A stretch of DNA of 63,724 nucleotides, the filler included, from Lenisia limosa (lineage: Eukaryota > Protista > Breviatea): the NCBI GenBank assembly GCA_001655205.1. It is 16 parts of 16 records of this genome, joined end to end, with 100 filler letters (N's around TTAATTAATTAA, not from the genome) between each part and the next. Parts side by side here need not be neighbours in the genome. Positions count along the whole stretch, not along the records: positions 6,076 to 13,951 come from LPNZ01011653.1; positions 14,052 to 19,179 come from LPNZ01006925.1; positions 19,280 to 22,456 come from LPNZ01009543.1; positions 22,557 to 24,806 come from LPNZ01010221.1; 12 more parts are not named here. One strand, given 5' to 3'. Position numbers and translations under genes: made by a program. Below, one piece after another: positions 12,991 through 23,069 of this stretch (positions within the stretch are counted from its first letter, which is position 1; every line of letters starts with the position of its first letter). The notes beneath the pieces were generated by a model that saw nothing but the letters and a program-made list of their open reading frames with translations, ran no database searches and had not been told where the DNA came from.

Positions 12991-13860
12991 GATGCTCACT
13001 GCAGAGTGAAAAATAAAACTGTTGTTTGAATAGAGGCTACATTTTGACATAAAATTCAGAATACTCTTCAAACCGGGTTTAAACTAGAAAACCAGCAGAG
13101 TTTCAAATTTACGCTGTTCAGAAACTCAAAAACAAGTACGAACATGTGTATGATAATGATATAATGATGAGGTTTTGATATTCAAGCATTAGAATATGCA
13201 AGAAATGTTGTTGTTAGTCATCAGTAATACTCAAAAAATCCCATTCGTTCGAACCTCGAAAACAACAATCTGAAGAGTCCAAAGTCCACCAAATTCAAAT
13301 TCAAATAACCTGAAATTCTGCTAGATCCGTCTTTCTCCTATTCAATCATTCTCATTTGTAGTTTTGTTCGTCGTTTCCACTCCTCGGAGATTACTGGGCA
13401 CGCAAGGGATAAGGCGGTACGCTGGTTAAGCGATCGTAGATCTTATGGCGGATTATCTCGAGATCAACCCCTCAAGAGTTCCGTTCTATTCCGGTATAAA
13501 AACACTTTAGTTTGCTTTAAAAACTCCTTGTAAGCGGCGTCAGACCTTCATATTTATGGGACTCTTTCAGGAATCTTGTCCTCCTCAATTCTTCTCTCTC
13601 CAGACTGCCCGTTTTCATGTACATCTTACCATTACAAATGCAAATAGGGCCCATATAAAACGCATTCACCGGATACTTCTTTTTGCGCGCCTTTTCACCA
13701 CAATTCAAGTTCATACTACTACTGTTTTGCTAGTATTACCTTTGCATACCTCCCACCTATCGCGTCATTATGTGTAGTTTCCTCGTAGCACTACCGGCTA
13801 CGCGGTCACTGCCGCACAAACTTCGTGTGTCGAGGTGGGGACGGGAGATGATTTAATTAT

Positions 13861-13951
13861 TGGGGTTATGACGGCTGTAGCTCGTTTGCTTGGGTTATTA
13901 CGGCTGCAGGTCACTTGCTGGGTTGTTTCGGTTGCAGCTCATTTGCTTGGG
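13861..13951. repeat. Degenerate tandem repeat of about 29-30 bp at a scaffold end
   Basis: Three copies of TGGGTT(A/G)T..CGG(C/T)TG(T/C)AG(C/G)TC..TTGC ending at the linker. Confidence 0.7.
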
Positions 13952-14129
13952 NNNNNNNNNNNNNNNNNNNNNNNNNNNNNNNNNNNNNNNNNNNNTTAAT
14001 TAATTAANNNNNNNNNNNNNNNNNNNNNNNNNNNNNNNNNNNNNNNNNNNNAGAGGCTCAAATTTAGAAAAGAGGCTCCAGCAACTTAAAATTAAAATAT
14101 AAATAGTAGTGACCTTCAATTCACGTTTT

Positions 14130-15560
14130 TTTTGCATTGTTTTATTGTGTTTCTTCCTCTTGCCTGCACGCTTCGCGGCCTTTTCAGCTTGGCGTTTCGC
14201 CTTGGCTGCTTTGCTTTTGCTAAAGCTATCGCTCCACCTTCAATAGGTTAAATTTCATAAAAATAGCAATCCTCACATGATAGTAAACCTCGTTTAATCA
14301 CAGTGAGGTGTGACAGGATATTTTTTTCTCTTGATGAGAGGAACGCTTCTCCTGATTCGCAATCAACACCATTCCAAGCATCTTCACGACTAATACCAAT
14401 TCCTAAAAGTCAAAAGGGAAGAGGAAACCCTACCTTGCAAGTTCGGAAAACGGTTTTTCAAAGATAGTTGAATAAGACGTCTTTAGGTCGCTCACAGGAA
14501 ACTCTTGTCTCAAAAATACAAGCTATATTGTTTTATCTTGCTTAACTAAGAAAAAGGGCGTTCGAAAATTTGAATTTCTGGGACAAGGGAAAATCGCGTC
14601 TACATGGCGCCATTTTTTTAAACAATTGAAGTTTTCCTGTTGAGCCCCTTTCTCTGTCACCGTCGCTAATTAAGCAGGTAATAGTATTGTTATTTTGATA
14701 TTTAAAGAGGAAATTCCAAAAAACCGCTTTTTTTTGAAAGATCATTCCCTCGAGCACTTGCTGATCTCGTCAAAAAATCGATTTTTCAAAAAGTTGTTTT
14801 CCCTTCTTTTTTCTTGTTATAACCATTCCCCATAAACATTTAAAGTATTTTTGAGAGTTTTTCGGTGTAAGTAGTGCTCTCTTGGAACATACTGAATTAA
14901 TGAATTAAATTCAAATAATGACTTAATTTAGGACCTTGAGTTTATAAACTTATATTGTTAATCTCTTATTGAAATAATAATGTTGTTAAACACACTACTG
15001 CATTTAAAACTGTTTTTTATTCGTAAATTCCCCATCACCTCATTTTTTTTTAATTCATAAATTCCCAATCGATCTACTGTTTTTATCCCGCAAGGTTCTG
15101 TCAACTTGTCACATCACCGATCTTCATCGGACACCTCCCTCATGTACTATGTCAAAAAGGTTGGAGTTAAGTGCTTTTTAAGCGAAACAATGAATAAAAT
15201 CAAAACAGTACATAGGGTCTATTAAAATTATCATATTTCTGCGTTATAGCCCCTCCTCTGTATATTCTTCACATTTACCATCCCAATGACTGCAATAGGT
15301 CCACTTTTCTGAGCCGTTAGAGCCTACTAATGAAGATGGGGAGGCGACGTTGAAAATCGCCTTCTCAAAACAGGCGTGGGAATAGGCATAATTGGTAAAT
15401 AATCGTACATTTTCGAGAAATGAAGTCATTTTCTGAGGAGAAACGAAGCCTTCAATCCGATTATTGTGATGGTGAATTCTTGATAATTCTTCGTTGTATC
15501 TGATATGATTTCAATACTTTTTGAATAACTTTAGAATGAGTCTCTTTTTATTTTAACAAT
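14130..15560 (-). pseudogene. Decayed Mutator-like (DDE) transposase remnant
   Basis: Frameshifted fragments in the expected order: ..MYDYLPIMPIP.., GPIAVIG/DGK../QRRGYNA (resembles DGxWxxRG), SAS/LEGM (resembles SSxxME), TITCLISDGD. Multiple stops and frameshifts. Recognised by eye only. Confidence 0.35.
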
Positions 15561-16205
15561 TTCTAGGTAATATAGTTACTGTCTATCAGAAATAGTCCCT
15601 TTCCAGAGTTTACACCTTTCTTCTATATGTCTTTAACAGATTTTTTAACTTTAAGTCGATGAGACCTTTTCAGAGTTTTAACTTTCTTCTATTTGTCTCA
15701 CATTTTCAAAGTTTTTTTTTAGCGTGCTTCATTTTCCCAGAATTTAAAGTCTTTTTATAAGAGTAACTTTTCCAGGGTTTTAAACTCGTTTGGATTGGAG
15801 CTATCCTCGGGGGCGGCGCGACTTCAATTGTCTCCTATTGAAGTGGGTGGATTTCTTATTTGTTATTTCTTGTTATTATTATTTATATCATTTGTTTTTT
15901 TATATCGATATGTATATTTACTTTTTATTTTTTATTTTTTGAGATGATTATTATTATTGTTGTTGTTATTTTGATTATTTTTTATTTCTATTTCTATTTT
16001 TATTCTTTTTTATTCTTATTATTCTTCTTATTATACTTATTGATGAAGAATTTCAAGGGATTTCGGGTTGTCTCGGATCTGATTTCTTAGCTCAGTTATC
16101 GATACTCTACAAAAATTATCAAACAATCGATGAGTAATGTCAGCGCCCCTGAATCTAGTTCCTGTTCAACTATGGAAGGTGAAGATAAGTAATCAGAAAT
16201 GGGAG

Positions 16206-17090
16206 TTATAGAGAACAGTATTTGTTATAAATCTTTTGATAAAGAAAACTGCGAATTTGTTCACGAGAGCCCATGGAAATCACTCTTTGGAATCCGATAA
16301 GAGTATAACAAGAAAATGTCTGATTGGTAATAAAGTCTACCCACAAACAATGCGAACGAGCATATGCCCCAAAGCCTTCCAGTTCAAGTAAATCGTCTCG
16401 AAGCATCTCGATGTGGCGATAATGATATTCTTGGTACCTGGATGTGAATATAATGACAGAATAACAAACTCCTGATCACTGTGGAAGACGATGTCGACCG
16501 CACCCCCTTCTGTCACCTCACCACCATCATCATCCTTCAGGTGATCAAGGTCAATGATCTCATCGATTGCAAACAGAAACATGTGAGTGAAATATTTCTA
16601 GAGAGTAAGATTCGACAACTGATATTATCAATAATATTACATGAATTATGTACATATGATATCAGGGGATATAATATCTCATATTCAATACATAGCAGTA
16701 TGATATATGTACATATCATATACGACATGTATGTAGTACATCATATCATAGAAGAATTATTTTATTTATAAGATACATGAGAAGACAAAGAACATTACAG
16801 AACAAAACACATCACTTCTTCAGCGGTCGAGTACGAACTGGGGTCTTGTGCTTGGCTGGGGCTTTGGCACGGTTAACCTCTATTAGAGTCACAAACGTTC
16901 CCGGTAAAACAGAGCCATACTTGTCACTTAAATAAACCAACTTGGGTTTGTTCGTTGCGGCCTTTTTGGCAGTGCATTGACATACAGGCTGCTGAACACA
17001 ATTGGAGATTCAACACAAAGCTTGTAAAATCCAATAATTATCCCCATACTCACGTTTGCATTGGCTTCAGCCGTGGCGGGGACTGAGTTT
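16206..17090 (-). CDS. Hypothetical multi-exon protein
   Basis: Exons YGSVLPGTFVTLIEVNRAKAP.., DEIIDLDHLKDDDGGEVTEGGAVDIVFHSDQE|YQEYHYRHIEMLRDDLLELEGFGAYARSHC, with short GT-AG introns. Confidence 0.45.
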
Positions 17091-17413
17091 CGAACTTGAT
17101 GACCCTAAAAGCATGAGAACATATGGTGTTTACCAATATAGAACTGATCGCACTCAGACTGGGGGACTTACTTAGATTTTTTTTTCATTGTGTAATCCTC
17201 ATGTTAACTTTGTCTTAAGATTATTGTTTTTTCATTTTTTTTTTATGTATCTGTGTGACTTGGTTTTTTTTTTATATATAACACTGGTTAACTTTATTTA
17301 GATCCTCCCTCAAATTAAGACAAGTCTTTTCAAGACAGAACCCTTTTGTAACAACAACATATGCAATGTGGGAGGGAGAGAGGGGGGCTGTTACATGCAG
17401 ATCTATTGTCACT

Positions 17414-17500
17414 TAGGGCTTCACTTCGATTCGAAAAAGACTGAATTACTCATTAAATCCTCGAAAACTGTCGATATAATGCCGGTCTTTTTCGAACCTA
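17414..17500. mobile_element. MITE family 1 copy (PIF/Harbinger-Tourist-like), right end degraded
   Basis: TA-GGGCTTCACTTCGATTCGAAAAAGAC...GGTCTTTTTCGAACCTA; matches the copies at 35141, 36552, 57672 and 58098. Confidence 0.7.
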
Positions 17501-17591
17501 GATAATTTTTACTCCCTTTTATTTTTTTTTTTCTCTCTCTCTCTCTCTATGTATATAGTATATATAGTATATATAGTATATATAGTATATA

Positions 17592-19068
17592 TGCTACCGC
17601 GCAGAATTCCCGTAAATTATCCGTATTTCCGTAAATTATTATTTTNNNNNNNNNNNNNNNNNNNNNNNNNNNNNNNNNNNNNNNNNNNNNNNNNNNNNNN
17701 NNNNNNNNNNNNNNNNNNNNNNNNNNNNNNNNNNNNNNNNNNNNNNNNNNNNNNNNNNNNNNNNNNNNNNNNNNNNNNNNNNNNNNNNNNNNNNNNTTTC
17801 GTTTTGTTCTGAGTTTTCCTCTCACTCTTCAACCATTCAGGGTTGGCGATAACCTAAAAGAGTTAGTGTGAAAGCTGTAAATACATGATACGTCAATTTC
17901 AAAACATACCTGTCCAGGCTTAAGTGCTACCAGTTTCTCCCCTGGTTTGGTAACGTAGAACTGGCAGGTACGCTGCACGTCATCAATTGTAGGTCCAACT
18001 TGGCAGGTGCGGAAAACTGCCTTATTTACAATGTTTCGATTTACATCACTTTCAATAAGTGCACGTGTATAGAGTGAGGATGACTCAAAGACGCGTGGGT
18101 TCCGCAGGGACACGGAAGAAATGGTGGCCGCAACACCCTCCAAAAAGCTGCGATCTTCAGAGGAGAGCTCTTTTGTGTGGGGGTCATTCTTGAGGAAGGT
18201 TCTGGCACGGAGTCCAAGTGCCTGTTCATACGCAAGGTCTCCATCTTCTTTAACTGCTTGGATAGAGCTGCGGAATTCTGCAGTTTGTCGAATTGAGGGA
18301 GTGTTGAGGAATGTTGGTTCAGCGGGGGTTTTGAGATAAAGGTTGGGTGCATTTGGAGGTGCATGGATGTTGGAATGTGTGAAGAGTGCACGGAGGTAAT
18401 TGTTGGAAACCAGTGGGTAATCAAAGGGACGGTATGGTATGTTTCTCCTTTTCCACAGGGAAAAAGTCTTTGGCCTTGGTTCGGGGCATTTAGACTTCTT
18501 CACAAAGTCTACTCTTTGAAATGCCCTAAGAAGGGGAGTGGGGAACACTTAAACAGGAGATAGAGGATTGAAGTGGGGGAAGAAAAAACGTGACTTTGTT
18601 TAAAGGGCTTCTATCTAACTATTTCACTATAATATTTCAAGTAACTATGATTTAGGAATAAACTAGAGTGTAACAAACACTTTTTTGCTGATTTTATTTT
18701 GGTTCAGTGATCGATGATCACCCCCTCAAAAATTTTGGTCGCTATTTTTGAGGCCATTCCACTCTTCTTTCTTCTGCTTCCGATAAAATTAATATAAAAT
18801 CATCAAAACTAATGTTTTGGTCAAGAATAAAACACTTTTCAATGTTGCATCTCAATTTGTAAAAAACCTTCCAACAAGATCTTGTGCTGATCTGTCTCAA
18901 AAATTGAATTTCTATAAAAGCCTTACTGAGACATTTTTTAAACTGTTTTATAATTTTATTGTATGTATGTAGTTTTTGGTTTAAATTTTGTTGAAATAGC
19001 CGGGTTAAAGTGGAGAAAAAAAAAATTACGGAAATACGGATAATTTACGGGAATTCTACGCGGTAGCA
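17592..19068. mobile_element. About 1.5-kb element bounded by 43-bp terminal inverted repeats, flanked by TA(TA)
   Basis: 17592-17634 (TGCTACCGCGCAGAATTCCCGTAAATTATCCGTATTTCCGTAA) is the reverse complement of 19026-19068 with 1 mismatch. TATA flanks both sides. A 150-N gap lies inside. Confidence 0.7.
17797..18548 (-). CDS. ORF of unknown function inside the TIR element (at least 230 aa; probably one 3' intron, continuing into the gap)
   Basis: Longest N-free ORF in the window (239 aa). Probable intron after ..KLVALKPGQ (GTATGT...TTTTAG) would rejoin VIANPEWLKSERKTQNKTK. No DDE motif recognised. Confidence 0.6.
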
Positions 19069-19279
19069 TATAATATGTATTATATGATATTTGTAATATA
19101 GCTATATACTATTTCTACATATCATTGATGTTTTTAGCGATTTGAGCTTTTCGAAGGTCCGCTTCTATTCCAATTCGCANNNNNNNNNNNNNNNNNNNNN
19201 NNNNNNNNNNNNNNNNNNNNNNNTTAATTAATTAANNNNNNNNNNNNNNNNNNNNNNNNNNNNNNNNNNNNNNNNNNNN

Positions 19280-19956
19280 TGACCAAGCTCAAACTCGAAC
19301 TGTTGGTTGCGGTCGCGGGAAGAGTCGAACTGAGACCCATCGTCAAGGGTTCCAACATAGTGCACTGGGGGGAGGGGGTAAAAGTGGAAAATTATGAATA
19401 AAAAAAACAAAGAATCAACTCAAGGCAAGAGAATGAACCAATGAACTGGCAAGGATTCACTATGGAGAAAAAACAAGGCAGTGTCTAGCTGAAGCAGTCC
19501 ACATCATCAAACTCATTCGAGATATTGGATAAAAGGATAGTAGACAAGTCAATAGACAGTGAAGAGAAAGGAGCAATTAAATGTCAGCATATGCTGCTGT
19601 ATTTAGGGTTTCCCAAGGTCCCTCGATAAATCCTCGCTAAATATTGATATTTTCTCGATAATTCATCGAATTTTTATCGGTCTTTTTCGGACATAGGGAA
19701 ACCCTAGGTCTATTCTCTAAACCAGTATGCAGAGTAGATTCCATATTATGTTTGTTCTGAAATATAATTGGTCATTCAAGGATTCAAAGAGAAGTTAGCC
19801 AACAGGTTAGCACCAACCTGAAACTTTAGCACCGACAGGGGGACAGGCTTCACCAACACCCTCTTGGGTAATGACCTTGATCAGCTTACCATCACCAGTA
19901 ATATCGATCTACAGCTGTCAGATAGTCAATGTAGTTCTCACCTTGTTGTCCGCCAT
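19280..19956 (-). CDS. FKBP-type peptidyl-prolyl cis-trans isomerase, N-terminal part
   Basis: Spliced MADNK|[30 protein letters not shown]|[28 protein letters not shown]; classic FKBP motifs VHYxGxLxDG and FDSSxDR. Truncated at the linker. Confidence 0.93.
19604..19706. mobile_element. MITE family 1 variant inside FKBP intron 2
   Basis: TA-GGGTTTCCC...GGGAAACCC-TA terminal inverted repeats with the family's internal CCTCGATAAATCCTCG and GGTCTTTTTCG motifs. Confidence 0.7.
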
Positions 19957-20177
19957 TTTCGGGTATGTCACTGAAAAATCTATCCAACTACAGGGGAAAG
20001 AGGATCAGAGAGGACGAAAACTGCACAACAAAAAGGCGACCCGTACCGGAACTGAACTGAAGGTCACCCAGTTTTTTCACAAAAACAAAAAAATTCCACA
20101 TTATCTTTCTTCTTGAGATAGCCTGTTTAAGTGTTATATACGTGTTATAGCAGTTTTCAACTCTATCTATTGGCAAG
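19957..20177. promoter_or_regulatory. Short divergent (putative bidirectional) promoter between FKBP and RAB1
   Basis: The two start codons are about 220 bp apart on opposite strands within one scaffold. Confidence 0.5.
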
Positions 20178-21215
20178 ATGAACCCAGAATTGTATGATTT
20201 TGTTTTATGTGAATCCATATTTACGTTCCTTTAGCGATTACCTTTTCAAACTACTCCTTATCGGTGACTCCGGTGTTGGAAAATCATGCCTCTTGCTCCG
20301 TTTTGCGGTATTTGGGGTTTCTGAATTGCGGTGCTCTTCATGAAAGCAAAATGGCGGCTCCTCGCACAAATATAATTCGTTTTAGGACGATATCTACACT
20401 GACACCTACATTTCCACTATTGGTGTTGGTACGTTGGGGTTTCACTCCCTTGGTCTTTGTATCCTCAAAATCGGTGAATCTAATATAAATAGACTTCAAA
20501 ATTCGTACCATTGAGCGTGAAGGCAAGACCATCAAGCTCCAGATTGTGAGTTGGTCTTTACAGGGTGCTATTCTCCTGAATTGTTGATTTTTAACCTCTA
20601 ATCAATGTAGTGGGATACTGCTGGCCAGGTTAGTGAAGTTTCATTTTCGGACTCTCCAGTTTGTAAGACCTATTTTCCCACGCTGAAGCTGTTTCTGGAT
20701 TGACCTTACTTATAGGAACGTTTCCGTACTATTACCTCGAGTTACTATCGTGGTGCCCACGGTATTATTGTTGTTTATGATGTTACTGACCAAGATTCCT
20801 TCAACAATGTGAAGCAATGGTAAGGCTTTGGTGGTTTCCTGATTTTCTTACTCTCTTCAGGCTTCAGGAAATCGACAGATACGCTGCTGAGAATGTGAAC
20901 AAGCTTCTTGTTGGTAACAAGTCAGATTTGGCCTCTAAGAAGGTCGTTGAGTCCACTACTGCCAAGGTGGATTGGGTTTCCGAATTGCTGACCACCCCTT
21001 TGAGCCTCTTCTAATCGAAACAGGAGTTCGCTGACTCTATTGGTATCAAATTCCTTGAGACCTCTGCCAAGAACGCTACCAACGTCGAAGATGCCTTCAT
21101 CGCTATGGCTGACGAGATCAAGCAGAGAATGGGTGCTGCCCCCTCCGACGGCAAGGCCGAGAAGCAGAATGTTAACTTCCAGACCCAGCCAGTTAAGAAG
21201 GGTGGCTGCTGTTAG
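20178..21215 (+). CDS. RAB1: Rab1/Ypt1 small GTPase, complete, 8 exons
   Basis: Spliced product [99 protein letters not shown]. Seven GT-AG introns, an 18-nt exon at 20611-20628, TAG stop. Confidence 0.98.
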
Positions 21216-21693
21216 GTCATCATCATCTTCTATTTCTATTTATTGATTCCTCTCCTCACCCTTGCTGACCCCCAGCGCCTCTTTTCTTTTTTGGTTGTTT
21301 GTGATCCTTGTACAGTACCATAATGCATGTCTCTTCTTTGACCACATTCGCTGAGTTGTGTGATTTTTTTTAAAAAAATATCTTCACATTTGAAGAGAGG
21401 GTTGTTTCTTAGTGTAAATGACAGGATAGTATTCAGAAGAATACGTAGGGATACAGCGCGAACACGTCAGCTCTTTATAGGGTATTTGTAATCATATGCC
21501 AGGTTAAAGAAGTGTTTTTTTTTTTGAATCATAACGGTCTAGTTAAAGAGAGGGAAATATATCTTTTGTACAGTAAAAGAGCGTATTCTTGATAATCAAA
21601 AGGGGAAGGGAGCACAATCAGGGCTGAAAAGCAATTAATAATGAACCCGCAAACACAAATGAAGGAAAAGAACAATACATACCAACACTCAAT

Positions 21694-22456
21694 TTAGTTA
21701 TTGTTAGAGTTATCAGGCTTCTTCAGCCACTTGTAGTACACAATAGCCGTGATAGCGCCGATGAGAATGAGGATAATCAAAGCCATGATCATTTTGTTTG
21801 TGGCAACTCGCCGTTGCATGGAGTTGATCAGCCGTCCACTTCTTCCCAGGTTTTGGTTGGTACTACGGAGCTGCGGGGGAGGAGGTAAAATTATATAATT
21901 TATGAAATAAAAAAGCCCAAATCAAATCTGTTGGCTGACCAGTTGGCTGACAACACGAGGATTGATACACAACAAAACAAACAAAGTCCAGGCCAGTCGC
22001 TTCTGCAGCATCGGTGGGTACANNNNNNNNNNNNNNNNNNNNNNNACTATTGGCAGCAAGGTACAAATCTCGATTCGCAACAAGCAACAAAAAACACAAT
22101 TCGAATTTGCAATAAGCAAAGAAGCCCCACTTCCCACTCCCCCCTTATCACCCCCCTCCCCACATGGTCATGCGCTCTCTCAATTGTGGCTCGCTGATCG
22201 TGAAGATCCCCGAGAATGTTTGCTCCAATTTGCTGGGGAAATGTCAGTAAAAATGGGAAACTTGTGGGGTAACGAAGGTGATTTCTTTTCTTTTTTTTAA
22301 GATAAGAAATAAAGCTGGTGTCTGGCCGAAACCGTCCACACCTAACCTCCTAAACACCTACCTCAGTATCCTCGGCAAGCCTTCGTGTTTCCATCAAACG
22401 GTCAGTGGTATTGTTCAAACGGTCTTGGTTGGTGATCAGTCTCGATCGCTGCTCTT
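21694..22456 (-). CDS. VTI1: Vti1-type Qb-SNARE, C-terminal part
   Basis: EQRSRLITNQDRLNNTTDRLMETRRLAEDTE|QIGANILGDLHDQRATIERAHDH|LRSTNQNLGRSGRLINSMQRRVATNK followed by a TM helix (MIMALIILILIGAITAIVYYK) and stop. Confidence 0.9.
21871..22022 (-). mobile_element. Intron-resident repeat, module A, ending at the VTI1 3' splice site
   Basis: GCTGCAGAAGCGACTGGCCTGGAC..CCTCGTGT..CAGCCAACAG..TGATTTGGGCTTTTTTATTTCATAAATT..AATTTTACCTCCTCCCCGCAG; the same sequence recurs in introns of unrelated genes. Confidence 0.75.
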
Positions 22457-23069
22457 NNNNNNNNNNNNNNNNNNNNNNNNNNNNNNNNNNNNNNNNNNNN
22501 TTAATTAATTAANNNNNNNNNNNNNNNNNNNNNNNNNNNNNNNNNNNNNNNNNNNNCCATCCCTTCATCGCCGCCACCGGTGACGTCACGGAAACGTCCG
22601 CCCGGTCCGCGGGAACACCAGAAAGTCGCAATATTCAAGAAATCTTGTTGGAAGGAGCTAGAATATATCATCTTTTTTTGCATGTTGAATTATCCAGCAA
22701 TACACTCTTCTTTCTTGATGAAAAGATATCGGTAAACTGTCGAAATATATCGAGCCATTTTCTGGATCGGAGTGAAGCCCTATCACAACAGTCTCTTCTT
22801 TTATTCGCACTTCCGCTACCTTATTACACATTATCAAACTATGGTATTCTCAAGTTATATCGTACTGAAAGTCTTTGGTAATTTTAATTGGAAGAAATAA
22901 TCGGAAATTAAGCTGTAGTGTCATAAAATTCATTTCAAAAACAGCTCTCATTGTACTAGGTCTGAATGCTTCGCAGGAAGCGACTGGAAAGTGTATAGTT
23001 GGTTGGATAGTGTACTTTGTTTTCTGAGTGTGTAATAAATATGATAAAAATTTCAGCAAATTCTCCGTT

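Noticed and set aside
15860-16090. Hydrophobic 76-aa ORF as a membrane peptide
   Set aside because: It is a translation of T/A-rich low-complexity DNA. The same applies to the ORFs at 17549, 29370 and 33160.
17860-17910. EIDVSCIY as a family-B DNA polymerase motif A (Polinton/virus-like)
   Set aside because: The segment lies within a probable intron (GTATGT..AG), and no other polymerase motifs are seen in the ORF.
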